Shown one piece after another: positions 9,313 to 19,524 of a DNA stretch of 43,086 bases. Origin of the DNA: a virus (lineage: Duplodnaviria > Caudoviricetes). The stretch is taken from positions 1-43,086 of IMG/VR virus record IMGVR_UViG_3300019872_000005. One strand, 5' to 3'. Numbering within the stretch: position 1 is the first letter of the stretch; every line of letters begins with the position of its first letter. Position numbers and translations under genes: made by a program. The notes below the pieces were generated by a model. That model saw nothing but the letters and a program-made list of their open reading frames with translations. It made no database searches and was not told the DNA's origin.

Positions 9313-9818
9313 ACGCCCCCATCTATCTCGAATGAAACGGTATCATACATATGACTAGTATCAATCAGCGGTTTTGTTATCCCCAGTGCTTGATTTTTCG
9401 TTAAACGACCCGAATGCGTACCTCGCTCTAATCGGGCCTCGATAGTCGCCGGTTGTAAAACCGGTTCGTACACTTGAGCGATAGAATGCCGGATATCCTC
9501 TCGCATGGTTACGCCCAGCAAATCTAAAACATCCGGGACCTTAGACTGCCCGGCTAAAACTGCATTAAGCCCCCTTTTACCGATAGCAGACCATTTTTTT
9601 TCGTTATGAGCAACTGCTGGCCGGAGGAAAGGGCGTTCTGGGATATTAAGATTAGGGTTCCCATATTCGTTCTGAGCTGCCACTGCTGCCACGGGCGTTG
9701 ATTTTTCATCGTCATACCTCGCACTAGGAAACCATCCGACTTTTACAGAGCCGCTTTTTAAATTATTTAAAGTTTTTAATAGGGGGGAATCCTCGCGCTC
9801 TACAGTCACAGTACCCAT
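9309..9818 (-). CDS. Neck / tail completion protein (HK97 gp10-like)
   Basis: VKVGWF...VAAQNEYG...IPERPFLRP...KPLIDT motifs. Confidence 0.8.
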   Translation of the reverse strand: MGTVTVEREDSPLLKTLNNLKSGSVKVGWFPSARYDDEKSTPVAAVAAQNEYGNPNLNIPERPFLRPAVAHNEKKWSAIGKRGLNAVLAGQSKVPDVLDLLGVTMREDIRHSIAQVYEPVLQPATIEARLERGTHSGRLTKNQALGITKPLIDTSHMYDTVSFEIDGGV

Positions 9819-10306
9819 GGCCACCCCCCGCACTGCGCGCCTAAAAATCCAGCACGGATATTACAGCCGCCGACATAATGACCCCCGACAGTCTGGATTT
9901 GAAGCATAGCAAGTAACTGCTGCCCGAAGGGACTTAAACCCAACCACCACTGGAATTGGTCGGGGTTCGGGGGCGGTGTGACTGTTACCGAAACTTTATC
10001 AATAGTTGCGCTTTGCATTTGGTAAGGTATGGTGCCCGGAGAACCCCCCGAGCCTGTACCGAAGCCGTTGCCGGTATTGGCCAAATTGGTCAGGTAAATT
10101 AAATGCGACATCATTAGCTGTATTGCATATTCGCGTTTGTCGCCTTGGATATCTCCAAAATTTCCTACAACACTTATGTAATTTGTCGCATTATCCCAAT
10201 ACGCTTGTAACTTAACCTGCGGATAGCTAGTCGGGTCTGAGTATAGCGCAAACTGCGGGTTAGCTATGTATGACGCATAATCAAAAACCAGAATAGACGG
10301 GTTCAT
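9806..10306 (-). CDS. Head-tail adaptor (DUF4054 family)
   Basis: LMMSHL...SATIDKVSV...WWLGLSPFGQQLLAML motif. Confidence 0.8.
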   Translation of the reverse strand: MNPSILVFDYASYIANPQFALYSDPTSYPQVKLQAYWDNATNYISVVGNFGDIQGDKREYAIQLMMSHLIYLTNLANTGNGFGTGSGGSPGTIPYQMQSATIDKVSVTVTPPPNPDQFQWWLGLSPFGQQLLAMLQIQTVGGHYVGGCNIRAGFLGAQCGGWPWVL

Positions 10307-10308
10307 AT

Positions 10309-10695
10309 TTATCTACCTTTTTTCTTGTAGACGGGGGTTGCCTCGTCACTGATATCACTCTTCTCAAAATCTTTGGGGGTCATCGGCGCACTGGCATCTT
10401 TCAAACTCATATCCGCCGCTTTCAGGGCAGGCTCAACTTTTTTATTATCGACTACAATAAAACCGGACGCTATCTGTTTTCGAAAGGATAAATTCTCTTC
10501 GAGCAGTTTCAGCTCTTCGTCCGTAACTTTAGTCACAACGCCCATGGGGGTGTCAAGAGCTTGCGGGTTCTTCATCCCGTGCCCGCCGTGTATCTCAATA
10601 CGTTTGACGATACGTGACAAAGCTTTGGGGTCCGTTTTCGTGGCATACACCACAAAAGAATTACTACAAGTAAGGGTTGAATAAATAAAAGGCAT
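10309..10695 (-). CDS. Conserved virion/head-associated protein downstream of the capsid gene
   Basis: MPFIYSTLT...TPMGVVTKVTDEEL...GFIVV; GGAG RBS before the ATG at 10695. Confidence 0.6.
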   Translation of the reverse strand: MPFIYSTLTCSNSFVVYATKTDPKALSRIVKRIEIHGGHGMKNPQALDTPMGVVTKVTDEELKLLEENLSFRKQIASGFIVVDNKKVEPALKAADMSLKDASAPMTPKDFEKSDISDEATPVYKKKGR

Positions 10696-10728
10696 TTGTA
10701 AAATCTCCATTGTTTACATACCCTCCTA

Positions 10729-10737
10729 TGATATACT
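10729..10737 (+). promoter_or_regulatory. Extended -10 promoter (TG-A-TATACT) for the antisense cassette
   Basis: TGATATACT 7 nt upstream of the structured RNA. Confidence 0.5.
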
Positions 10738-10744
10738 ACTCATC

Positions 10745-10797
10745 TGCAAAGTCTAGGGGATACCTGACAACGATTCTCATCCAATCGCGACTTTGCA
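10745..10797 (+). ncRNA. Structured RNA resembling phage c4-type antisense RNA
   Basis: Perfect 9-bp closing stem TGCAAAGTC/GACTTTGCA enclosing hairpin CGATT-CTCATCC-AATCG. The loop is complementary (one G-U) to two GGGTGA sites at 10804 and 10820 before the downstream ATG. Confidence 0.55.
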
Positions 10798-10831
10798 CCG
10801 ACTGGGTGATTAATTATAAGGGTGAATAATT

Positions 10832-11011
10832 ATGTTCAAATATATTTTTTTAGTAATCTTAGCTTTTCCCGTTCAGGCATACCAAACTAAACAAGAAATT
10901 ATTGAGTATTGTACGCGCGTCATGCTACAAGATGGTGGAAACGAAACGGTACTATTGTGCATACAACAGGAATTAACCGCGCGTGATAAAATCATAGAGA
11001 TAGCGCGATGA
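10832..11011 (+). CDS. Small secreted protein with signal peptide (59 aa)
   Basis: MFKYIFLVILAFPVQA|YQTKQEIIEYCTRVMLQDGGNETVLLCIQQELTARDKIIEIAR; two Cys; ATGA overlap with the next gene; below the ORF-track cutoff. Confidence 0.7.
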   Translation: MFKYIFLVILAFPVQAYQTKQEIIEYCTRVMLQDGGNETVLLCIQQELTARDKIIEIAR

Positions 11012-11316
11012 ATATATGTAAAGCCCCTAATTGTAACGAACAAAGATATCAATCCCCAAAAGGCAAAAAATACTCATATTGCGGCAAACATAAAGGAAGA
11101 ATGAGTCGTTTAGGTAGTTGTGAATTACCTGTCAAAAAACCTAGAAAAACGCCAAGTGAATATTGGGTCAAACATAAAGAAAAAGCGGACTACATTAAAA
11201 AAGGAGAGGGTTTCCTGATTTATTGCGCTTCCTGTTCGAAATCATTTATTTCCAGTATCTCAATAAACGAATGGGAAAAAGCGCCCCTATGCTATCTTTG
11301 TATAGAGGCGACTTAA
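11008..11316 (+). CDS. Zn-binding protein resembling the N-terminal DNA-binding part of phage HNH endonucleases, without a nuclease core
   Basis: CKAPNC...YCGKHKGRMSRLG plus CASC...CYLC; no HNH catalytic motif seen. Confidence 0.55.
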   Translation: MNICKAPNCNEQRYQSPKGKKYSYCGKHKGRMSRLGSCELPVKKPRKTPSEYWVKHKEKADYIKKGEGFLIYCASCSKSFISSISINEWEKAPLCYLCIEAT

Positions 11317-11318
11317 CG

Positions 11319-12446
11319 TTAAATACCGGTAAAGCGAACAACCGCATAGGGGCGTTTACACATAACACCCGCGGTGGCATTACTGAAGTCTTCTTCATAC
11401 GCCTTCGCCAGTTGCTGAACGCCCAAAACTTGAAACTTAGCCGGAACCATTTGAATAAATGTCATTCCGCCATCAGTACTCATGTCTTGGATTTGGTCGG
11501 CGAACATATAAAATACGTTCTCGCTACCATTCGCGTCATTAAGCTGGGGAGCGGAAACAACACGGCAACGAGGGTACGCGTCTTCGAGCCAAGCGCGAAC
11601 AGAAATACCGAAGTCGGAAGTAACTGTCAGGAAGTCCACGGCATCGGTAGCAACAGCAAGAGTCAAATCAACTTTTTCAGGGTCGATAGTATCCTGTGAT
11701 TGTGTACGCAATTGAACCACGGCCAAACGCAAGTCATTGGTAATTTCCAAGAACGTTTTATCCGCCCAAAGCGTAGAAGTTGCCGCGGCATTCGGGGGTA
11801 CGGGAATATAAGAACCCAGGCCCGGGTCGTTCAAAAACCCGTATGTATTATTATTGCCCGAGTTGAACCCTACGAAACCAACTGTGTTCCTGATAATTTC
11901 CAAGGCAAGCGCGGCGGCTTCACGTTTCATTCCCGAATCATCTACGCGCAAACGAGCTGCACGAGCGGATTCCAATACGCCGACTTTCATACCTTCTTCA
12001 AAACGTACCACGGTACGATAATTGAAGTTAGTATTCCAAGAGCTTAAAGGAACATTGGTATAGTCACCGTAAACTTGAGAAGTACCAGTACGTTCCAAAA
12101 TACCTTGAACGACCTGTTCGTCTTCCCACGCGCCGGTAGTCATAATTCCTACGAGGTCATCGATTTTACGAGCTGCAGTAATTACAAAAACGAAACCGGG
12201 AAGCCAATTCTGAAGGAACTGTACCGGCGTTCCTAAAGTTCCCGTTGTAACGGTTGGTTGCAGAGCGTCCATCGCCATAGCTTGCATTTTTTGCATGTGC
12301 TTATGACCGCTAAACATTTGGTCTACGATATGCCTATTCAGGTTAATCCCGAGTTTAGGCAAGCTCTCATACTGTTTGTGGTCGAAATTTTCTAATGCGC
12401 GCACCTTTCGGGCGGGTACATAAGATTTAACGTCATTCTGTCTCAT
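11319..12446 (-). CDS. Major capsid protein (DUF2184 family)
   Basis: FLQNWLPGFV...GAWEDEQ...YGDYTNVP...YGFLNDP...NATAGVMCKRPYAVVRFTGI. Confidence 0.9.
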   Translation of the reverse strand: MRQNDVKSYVPARKVRALENFDHKQYESLPKLGINLNRHIVDQMFSGHKHMQKMQAMAMDALQPTVTTGTLGTPVQFLQNWLPGFVFVITAARKIDDLVGIMTTGAWEDEQVVQGILERTGTSQVYGDYTNVPLSSWNTNFNYRTVVRFEEGMKVGVLESARAARLRVDDSGMKREAAALALEIIRNTVGFVGFNSGNNNTYGFLNDPGLGSYIPVPPNAAATSTLWADKTFLEITNDLRLAVVQLRTQSQDTIDPEKVDLTLAVATDAVDFLTVTSDFGISVRAWLEDAYPRCRVVSAPQLNDANGSENVFYMFADQIQDMSTDGGMTFIQMVPAKFQVLGVQQLAKAYEEDFSNATAGVMCKRPYAVVRFTGI

Positions 12447-12461
12447 GATTCGGTCCTTAGA

Positions 12462-13196
12462 TTAAGCTGCCAATTGTGGGATAATTAGAGCGGGAGTTAT
12501 TGTAATAACCGCCAAACCGGCTCCGCTCACGGTATAATAATCAACCACCGCATTAGCAAACGATTTACCCGCCGGAAGTACGTTACCTGTTGGAGTAAAA
12601 GTTATCGGTACGGAAGCCGTAGCGGTTGCAACGATAGAAATCTCTATCGAAGTATTCGGGATGATACTTACAACAGTTGCCCCCACTGGAATACCCGCAC
12701 CGGATACGCCCATGCCAACTTGAACACCCGCAGTACTCGCAAGAGTAACAGTTGCATCGGTACTAGTAGTTCCGCCAGTTAACACGAAAGGAGCCGTGGA
12801 AATAGTAGACAGCGCGCCCGTTACGTTATCAAAAATAACCCTGTCGCCAATAGCAGCGGCTGCGGGCAAAGTCACAATGAAGCTTCCCATTTTAGCGCAC
12901 TCGACTGCCGTATAATTGGGGACTACAAGCGTTGGGTTCAAGGGCTGCCCACCTGCGCCGAACAGGGCAATATCTTTTGGGTCAACCAGAATACCCGCGA
13001 AAGGCAGGTTAGCCGAAGTTTTACCGGCTGCGCAAAAACCTTCAGAAGTTACGGAACACGCAGTCGCGCCGATGATATTATAAGACGCTAACGCGGAAAC
13101 AATTGTAAACGCCTCGGCTCGGGTAGGTCCGTCTGTGAATTGTTCACCGGGAACACCAAAACCCTGTTGTAGTGAAACAGTAGATTGAAAAGCCAT
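12462..13196 (-). CDS. Head decoration/cement protein with one inserted beta-domain
   Basis: MAFQSTV...GFGVPGE N-terminus; lies between the protease and capsid genes. Confidence 0.75.
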   Translation of the reverse strand: MAFQSTVSLQQGFGVPGEQFTDGPTRAEAFTIVSALASYNIIGATACSVTSEGFCAAGKTSANLPFAGILVDPKDIALFGAGGQPLNPTLVVPNYTAVECAKMGSFIVTLPAAAAIGDRVIFDNVTGALSTISTAPFVLTGGTTSTDATVTLASTAGVQVGMGVSGAGIPVGATVVSIIPNTSIEISIVATATASVPITFTPTGNVLPAGKSFANAVVDYYTVSGAGLAVITITPALIIPQLAA

Positions 13197-13198
13197 AA

Positions 13199-14506
13199 TT
13201 ATTTACCCCCCAAATACGCATCGATACAATCTGAATTAACCGAGCGTGAATCTTGGCCAATTGCCGGAGTACTTACTCGGGCACCCTTCAAAAATCCTTC
13301 AATCGCGGCGTATTCGTGACCGGGCTTGCAAGATACGTTTAAGCGTTTGACTGCATACCGCGCAACTTCCGTCAAAGTTTTTTCTTTATGATCAAAAACC
13401 CCGATATGTGGTTGAAGGCGTTTAACAAGTTCGTCACGTACTGACATTTCTTTAAAAATAGAACGCTTCATAGAGTCCATTGAATCTTTAGTGTCTTTGG
13501 GTTTTTCTATGTCACCTTTCTTCTCTTCATCGTCTTCTTTTTCTTCGTCTGAGTCTTCATTCAATCGAGCTTTAGTAACAAACATAGCGGGGTCCGCTTC
13601 GTCACTTTCTTCGTTCCAAGGTTCGCCGGCTTCATCACCTTCTTTAGCTTCTTTCTTGCCTTCGGGGTCAACTTCGTCTTTCCCTCTCATTGCGTCTAAT
13701 TCGGAACGCATTTCTTTAAGCATTTGAACGCATTCTTGAAGGGTCATTTCTTCGCCCTCATCTCCTGCGGTTGGATCTTCTTCACGGATTTGATCTGCCA
13801 TCACTAGCCCCTTAGTGTCAAAAGTAAATTTAAAATGATCGAGCACTGCAACATCATGACCCGATCGGCCTTCCTCAACTAATGCCACGTGATTCCCGCG
13901 TATTTGTCTCTGGATGGCATCATATCTCACGCCATTGTACACACCTGTTACAATATCGTAAATGCAACGGTACCCGATGGACAACTCTTTTTTACCGGAG
14001 TCAATCAATTCCGCCAGTTTATTTGAAAATATTTTTAAATTCCCTTTCAGATAACCTTCTTCAAAATATACGTCCTCGCCTATAACACCATGCACACCTT
14101 TACGCTCTGCGCCGGTCAACCCGTCATCTTCTGAGCCGAGCATTGCATGTTCATCAGTCCAGGGTATAAGTTTGAAAGATTCAATAGTCTCTGGGTCGGA
14201 TAATTCTTCTTCGGGTCTGTACACGTGATAAATTTTATCTTGTTCCAAGTCCGGGGATATTTGTGCGCCTGAGTACGGAAATACCCCTACCTTGGATATC
14301 GGATTGCCTTTAATCTCGGCCCATCCGTTTATGTCATACTGTCGGGCGGTGTCGTTGTCCAAGGTCAAATCGAGGAGGGAACCGTCATCCTCTCCCGCTT
14401 CTTTATAAGCTATAGCCGCCGCTTGGTCAGGCTTATGCCCCGCCCTTATAAGTTCTGCGATATTTTCGCCAATGACTTTTTCAGATTTACCAGATTTTAG
14501 AGGCAT
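13199..14506 (-). CDS. Prohead protease/scaffold (DUF2213 family)
   Basis: [11 protein letters not shown]...YRPEEEL...[10 protein letters not shown]...[13 protein letters not shown]; acidic scaffold C-terminus; N-terminal MPLKSGKS...QAAAIAY module. Confidence 0.9.
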   Translation of the reverse strand: MPLKSGKSEKVIGENIAELIRAGHKPDQAAAIAYKEAGEDDGSLLDLTLDNDTARQYDINGWAEIKGNPISKVGVFPYSGAQISPDLEQDKIYHVYRPEEELSDPETIESFKLIPWTDEHAMLGSEDDGLTGAERKGVHGVIGEDVYFEEGYLKGNLKIFSNKLAELIDSGKKELSIGYRCIYDIVTGVYNGVRYDAIQRQIRGNHVALVEEGRSGHDVAVLDHFKFTFDTKGLVMADQIREEDPTAGDEGEEMTLQECVQMLKEMRSELDAMRGKDEVDPEGKKEAKEGDEAGEPWNEESDEADPAMFVTKARLNEDSDEEKEDDEEKKGDIEKPKDTKDSMDSMKRSIFKEMSVRDELVKRLQPHIGVFDHKEKTLTEVARYAVKRLNVSCKPGHEYAAIEGFLKGARVSTPAIGQDSRSVNSDCIDAYLGGK

Positions 14507-14534
14507 GCGTATAAACTCCGTGTTTTATACGCAC

Positions 14535-14563
14535 AGTGTACGGGGATGATTCCTAATTTTCAA
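14535..14563 (-). promoter_or_regulatory. Sigma70-type promoter for head genes (TTGAAA-17-TACACT)
   Basis: Exact 17-bp spacing, ~30 nt upstream of the protease ATG; followed by hairpin GCGTATAAA/TTTATACGC around the RBS. Confidence 0.6.
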
Positions 14564-14571
14564 TCTTGATA

Positions 14572-14587
14572 TGTTTCACGTGAAACA
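14572..14587. promoter_or_regulatory. parS: Perfect consensus chromosomal parS site TGTTTCACGTGAAACA
   Basis: 16-bp perfect palindrome identical to the widely conserved bacterial parS consensus; intergenic. Confidence 0.85.
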
Positions 14588-15484
14588 TTAGTCTTCTTCA
14601 TCGGTTCCAAAAACGATAACCGGGCGCATATAACAACGGCAGTTTATAGGTTCCCCGGGTAGCCCTCGGTCATTCTCGGGTACGCCCAATGCCGCTTGCT
14701 CCGCTTTGACATTTTCAAAACTAAAAATCTTACCGGCGATTTTGATATGAGATTCCCGGGGGTGCAAGGTTCCCCCTGAATGGCCCCATTCAAATTGTTT
14801 AATACCGTTGTTTAATAACTTTTGACGATTGATCGTGTTGTATGCTTTTCGTGTTTGGTCGAGCGCAAGATTTTTAGCGCGCCTATAAGTTTGACCGTCA
14901 TATTTTTGAATATCGGGAATTAAATCAACTAATCCCCGACCCGTTGTAATAGACCGCATTACCGACCCAGTTACGTCTTTCAAATATTGTTCAGGGATAG
15001 ATTTAATGTAAGACACATTTTCAGCAACCAAAGCGGTCGCCACTTCCTCTTGGCCCGCAGACACGACACTCGTATTCAGAGTTAAACCGCCCGATAATTT
15101 TTTGAGGCTTTCGCTTACGGTCGTGCTACTTGTTTTAATCGTTCCTTTAACCATAGTTTCAGACAAAGAACGGGCCTTGAGGTCAAATAGCCCCTCAAAT
15201 GTTCGCGACAAAGCATTAAGCAATATTCGAGCCTGAGACGCGAGCGAAGCATCCATGGCCGATAGTTTTTCTTGAGATTCAAAAAAAGCATCAGATATTT
15301 CCCCCTTAAACAGTCGAAGTATTTGTTTTTTAGTCTCTCGGGTCATTTGTCGCACCAATTTTTCAAGCGCAGCAACATACCGCTCTTGTTGAGCGGCATT
15401 ATAAGGTAACTTGGAGCCTTTTAAAACAGTGTTTCTATTTTCCGCCCACTTAGCTCTTTTTTTAGTTAGTTCAGGCTTGGCCAT
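14588..15484 (-). CDS. Head morphogenesis / minor capsid protein (SPP1 gp7 / Mu F-like)
   Basis: ENVSYIKSIP...RAKNLALDQT...PRESH...PGEPINCRC. Confidence 0.9.
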   Translation of the reverse strand: MAKPELTKKRAKWAENRNTVLKGSKLPYNAAQQERYVAALEKLVRQMTRETKKQILRLFKGEISDAFFESQEKLSAMDASLASQARILLNALSRTFEGLFDLKARSLSETMVKGTIKTSSTTVSESLKKLSGGLTLNTSVVSAGQEEVATALVAENVSYIKSIPEQYLKDVTGSVMRSITTGRGLVDLIPDIQKYDGQTYRRAKNLALDQTRKAYNTINRQKLLNNGIKQFEWGHSGGTLHPRESHIKIAGKIFSFENVKAEQAALGVPENDRGLPGEPINCRCYMRPVIVFGTDEED

Positions 15485-15740
15485 GAATTTCCCAATCCTC
15501 TGCCATTAAGTCTCCCATGGACGCGAGCCAAACGCCGAAGGAACCGTCTTGATATTTCATGTCGATATGGGGGCGGTAGTCGATATCGGTACCCTCGGGA
15601 AAAATCCCCAACAATGGCGCTCGATTAACTTTAAATTCCGAACCCGGAACCAAAAATACGAACTGGTCTTTGCCGTTCCACCCCGAACGTTTTAATAATT
15701 TACCGGCTTTAATTTCGTGCAATGCTTCGCTAAAATTCAT
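15471..15740 (-). CDS. DUF2829 family protein (Tad2-like nucleotide-signal sponge candidate)
   Basis: MNFSEAL...GK...RSGWNGKDQFV...WLASMGDLMAEDW signature. Confidence 0.8.
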   Translation of the reverse strand: MNFSEALHEIKAGKLLKRSGWNGKDQFVFLVPGSEFKVNRAPLLGIFPEGTDIDYRPHIDMKYQDGSFGVWLASMGDLMAEDWEIHGQA

Positions 15741-15743
15741 TTA

Positions 15744-17270
15744 TTATGCTCCTGAAATTGAACTTTCTTCAAAAGGGTCCGGTTCGTCTATCTCTTTGAC
15801 GGTCAAATTTATATACCCGCTGCTCTCGTCATGCCTCAATCGTTCGCGTTCATCCTCGCCATCAATCGCGCCAGAGTTAACTAACATCAAGCCCGCCTCG
15901 GCATTAAGTTTATTAATTTCGGCTTGTTCTTTCTTTGTCATTGCATCGAGTTCATTCCAATTTATGATCGTCTCGAACGGTTCAATCCCGAATTGGGGCG
16001 CAATCTCGGAGCGTATCAATAACAAATGATGACGTTCAATTAGCGGGGTTAAATCGTGTGATTGTATAGACTCCAATTCCTCATGATAATTTGCCTCTTC
16101 AGATTCCCCCGTGCTGTTGAAACCTTTAGGCTGGGTTGATAATAACTTAGTTGCTGGAACATTAGCCGCCGCCGCAACTAACTGATATTGCGTCATAATA
16201 ACTGCGTCCAGGTCTGTAAGGCTAGTATCGAATTGTTGCATTTCATCGTTTAAATCGATTGTTTTAACACCCCAATTGTCCCGGCGTTGTGTGAATTCTG
16301 TAAGGCGTTGGACGACTTTCCAAGGATTTAAAGCGGCTTTTGCTAAATCCATTTTAACCACATCTAAACGCTTAGACATAGCCAACATGGGGGCTTCATC
16401 CGCGGTTTTTTCAGACGCATAAACGCGTTGGGCAATTTTCTGAGGAATAGGAATACCACCAAAAATATACGTAGGTTTGAGGATATCGCTAACTTCTTCG
16501 GTGCGAAAAATCACAAGATGGGTTCTATGTACTTTTTTGCCGTTAATAATCCACCAGGTCGGTTCGTAAAAGTTAATGCTAGCGGGGTTTCCGGCGGCTT
16601 CGGCGTCCAGTTGGGGTGTAATCCAGTAGGGATCGATTTGTGAAATGCCCTGATAACTCCCGGGTACTACGGCATCCGGGTTAAATGGATTTTCATAGTA
16701 CTCGTTCTGCAATTCGTCATTTTCCATTCGAACGTTAAACAAAGCAATTCGAATTCCAAAAACCCTACCCATTTGCACCAATTCAATTAAATTCTTGTTG
16801 AGCTTGTAGCGCGAATCGGCTTTCTTAATTGCTTCGACAACTTCAGGGGCTAATTTTACCCCGCCGCTGATTGAGATCTCAAAACCGTTTCGAGTCGCAT
16901 CTTTTGCGGGCATCAAACACGCTTTAGAGATAAGCCAGTTTTGAGCGAGCATCGAACAGAGTTGATACCCAATAAATGTTTGTTGTGCGTACCAAAGTAT
17001 TTGAATGGTTGGCATAATCGAATTACCGGCCCACTGAGCTTTAATGTTAAGCTGGTTATCCATAGCAAAAGTCGGTTTTTCTTTCGAGTCCAGCGCAATC
17101 GAGGAATGAACAGAATTATTAAAATTCGCTTCCCACAATTGTTCCAGTTTTTCGGTTTCGCTAGTGTCCATCATCCCTTCTGGCATGTACTGACGGGGAC
17201 GTTCTGGTTTCTCCATCACGACAGGAGTTAATTGCGGTTTACGAAATAAATCTATAAATCTCTTAATCAT
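15744..17270 (-). CDS. Portal protein (DUF1073 family)
   Basis: FIGYQLC...IDPYWITP...FYEPTWW...HRTHL...[23 protein letters not shown]. Confidence 0.9.
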   Translation of the reverse strand: MIKRFIDLFRKPQLTPVVMEKPERPRQYMPEGMMDTSETEKLEQLWEANFNNSVHSSIALDSKEKPTFAMDNQLNIKAQWAGNSIMPTIQILWYAQQTFIGYQLCSMLAQNWLISKACLMPAKDATRNGFEISISGGVKLAPEVVEAIKKADSRYKLNKNLIELVQMGRVFGIRIALFNVRMENDELQNEYYENPFNPDAVVPGSYQGISQIDPYWITPQLDAEAAGNPASINFYEPTWWIINGKKVHRTHLVIFRTEEVSDILKPTYIFGGIPIPQKIAQRVYASEKTADEAPMLAMSKRLDVVKMDLAKAALNPWKVVQRLTEFTQRRDNWGVKTIDLNDEMQQFDTSLTDLDAVIMTQYQLVAAAANVPATKLLSTQPKGFNSTGESEEANYHEELESIQSHDLTPLIERHHLLLIRSEIAPQFGIEPFETIINWNELDAMTKKEQAEINKLNAEAGLMLVNSGAIDGEDERERLRHDESSGYINLTVKEIDEPDPFEESSISGA

Positions 17271-18874
17271 ATGAAAGCACTCCTGCGCTCTGGGGGTGTC
17301 GGTGCAAAGGCTATCATAGCACTATCCGCCCGATTCGGGGACAGGCCTCCCTCGGCAATTTTATCGATTATAATTTTGCCTACATCATTTTGTCGATAGG
17401 TGGGCTGGGATAGCTCCGTAATTAAAGCCGAGAATTCCCCCACACTGCTCGATATCGATATTATTTCATCGGGGTTACATTCTATGCCTTGGACCACCCA
17501 ACGATACGTTTTCTGAAATCTCGTTCGTAAAGCCCACCAGGCTTGCGCTTTAAAGTTACCGAAAAAATCTTCGTTAGTCGGGCCTCGCTCTCTATTAATC
17601 CCGTCCTCTCCGGTACTAAACGGGTATTGCTCTTTATCTAAAACCTCGCCCGAACCTCGAAACGGGTTAAATACTATTTCGTGCAATCGAGTGGCGTTAA
17701 TTCGTTTCGCGTCTCCACGTGCGCCGGCCCCCAAGCCGTCTGCGTCATAATAAACCTCGGAATAACCCAGCACGTCTGAGAGAGTAAACGCTTTTTCTAT
17801 CGTTTCGTAAATGTCGGAACCCTTGCCGCTCCATATTTCGAGATATTCTAAAAGTATACCGTACCGGCCACAATACGCGTTTTTATCTTTACCCTCGTCT
17901 GCAATATCAAGTCCCGCTTTCCTTTGCCCACTGGGGGTTATCCCTAATTTTATATGAGCATCGATTGCCGCTTGAACCCAAGCCGACGGGATCACAATGC
18001 CTTCGACAGACGCGCTATAATCTAAATCTACCTCTTGAGCGATAACGACCGGGTTATCAATATCTTTGCAAGTTTTATCGTACCAAGCTTGGTCTTTACG
18101 GGGGTCTTCGCGCCAATGGAACGAAAATACATTAATCGCGCCCCCAAATCGTTTACGCGCGAAAGGGTTATTCATCCCCCGAGGCGTTGAAACGTCTATC
18201 CGGCAATTTGTCGTTTGAGATAGTGAGGCATCGATTAACTCGGGTCGCGGCATCCATGCGGATTCATCCACGAAATAAAAACTTGCTCGCGCCCCGCGCC
18301 CGATACCATCCCCCGATTCCCCCGCAATAACACTCCCGGTGTATGGAAATTCAATGCGCATGTATGGCGCGTGCTTACGTTCGTCATAACCCGGGCGGAA
18401 TTCCTCGGGTATGTTAGAGATAAATTGCCGCGCTTTATAGAGTAGCGACTTCGGATCGCCTTTTTTGTCCACGTACTCTTCTTTACGCGACCCAAACCCG
18501 GCGACCACTCCGTCATTAAATAAGCATATTGTGCTGGAAACGGCGATTGTTAGCCATGAGAGGCCCATCTCCCGTGATTTATCCGTAATACCCGGCTCTT
18601 TATTCTTCCAGCGTTCCATAAACCACTGTACCCACTCCTCTTGTTTCGGGAAAAGCATAAAAGGCATCAGCGTAGGCAACCCCACTTCGACATTCCGGGG
18701 GTCGAAAGTCACGCCCCAATCGATAATGAATTGCGCGGGATTTTCTCGATAGAACGCGCGAAGCCCGGCTAGCGCCTTCGGTTTTTTGCGTAATCGTATG
18801 AGATTCTCGATACGCCAATCGAAAACCTCAACGTAGTCAGGGTTTTTAAAATCAAACGGGAACGGTAGCGGCAC
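17267..18874 (-). CDS. terL: Terminase large subunit
   Basis: KSREMGLSW (Walker A region), FVDESA (Walker B), VSTPRG, nuclease GLDIADEG..D and SPNRADS. Confidence 0.95.
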   Translation of the reverse strand: MPLPFPFDFKNPDYVEVFDWRIENLIRLRKKPKALAGLRAFYRENPAQFIIDWGVTFDPRNVEVGLPTLMPFMLFPKQEEWVQWFMERWKNKEPGITDKSREMGLSWLTIAVSSTICLFNDGVVAGFGSRKEEYVDKKGDPKSLLYKARQFISNIPEEFRPGYDERKHAPYMRIEFPYTGSVIAGESGDGIGRGARASFYFVDESAWMPRPELIDASLSQTTNCRIDVSTPRGMNNPFARKRFGGAINVFSFHWREDPRKDQAWYDKTCKDIDNPVVIAQEVDLDYSASVEGIVIPSAWVQAAIDAHIKLGITPSGQRKAGLDIADEGKDKNAYCGRYGILLEYLEIWSGKGSDIYETIEKAFTLSDVLGYSEVYYDADGLGAGARGDAKRINATRLHEIVFNPFRGSGEVLDKEQYPFSTGEDGINRERGPTNEDFFGNFKAQAWWALRTRFQKTYRWVVQGIECNPDEIISISSSVGEFSALITELSQPTYRQNDVGKIIIDKIAEGGLSPNRADSAMIAFAPTPPERRSAFI

Positions 18875-19106
18875 TGGCGAGCCTTTGATCTAAGACTGCA
18901 ACAACTCGGTTTAGTCTTTCGATTTCTTTGATTAACGAGTGTTGGCATTGAGAATCGATAATATCTCTTAATTCGGTAAGCGCGTCCTCTTTGTTCCGGG
19001 GGACTGTAGAATCTGTGGTATGCGCTTCAAGGATAATTCGAACTTCATCCGCGTCTACGTCAACCTCTGAGACAGAACAGTGATAAATAAAATACGTACC
19101 CATCAC
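18852..19106 (-). CDS. Hypothetical protein
   Basis: Co-directional, overlapping starts/stops in the packaging operon. Confidence 0.6.
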   Translation of the reverse strand: MMGTYFIYHCSVSEVDVDADEVRIILEAHTTDSTVPRNKEDALTELRDIIDSQCQHSLIKEIERLNRVVAVLDQRLASAATVPV

Positions 19107-19345
19107 TCGACCTCATTTTGCAACATATTCAGGGTGGCCATAGCTTCCTGATGTTTCCCAATCAGAAGGTTATGGTTCGCCAAATGCTGTTTTAATTCAG
19201 TGTCTTTTTGAGTATATATTGACAGGCTCTGTGACAATTGAACCGCGAGTTCCTGAACTCTGTTATTACAATTTTCAATAGCTTCCGGCAAAGGCATTTT
19301 TAAAATCTCCATTGGTTTAAATAATATGCCCGTCTCGGCGGGCAT
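19103..19345 (-). CDS. Hypothetical coiled-coil protein
   Basis: Heptad-like sequence; operon position. Confidence 0.6.
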   Translation of the reverse strand: MPAETGILFKPMEILKMPLPEAIENCNNRVQELAVQLSQSLSIYTQKDTELKQHLANHNLLIGKHQEAMATLNMLQNEVE

Positions 19346-19352
19346 TTATATG

Positions 19353-19514
19353 TTAATTTTCAATACTATCTTGGACTTTACTTTTTACAAAATCCAAAAT
19401 TACATTCGCTAATTTTTCGAGCTGAGCGATGATAAGGTTCTCAAGCTCGGGAGCCGAGGCTATAACTTCTTTTTCGATATACCCAATCACAACTTTACCT
19501 AAAAAATCCAACAT
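19353..19514 (-). CDS. Small amphipathic helical protein
   Basis: MLDFLGKVVIGYIEKEVIASAPELENLIIAQLEKL...; AAGGGG RBS before the ATG at 19514. Confidence 0.6.
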   Translation of the reverse strand: MLDFLGKVVIGYIEKEVIASAPELENLIIAQLEKLANVILDFVKSKVQDSIEN

Positions 19515-19524
19515 GATAAACCCC

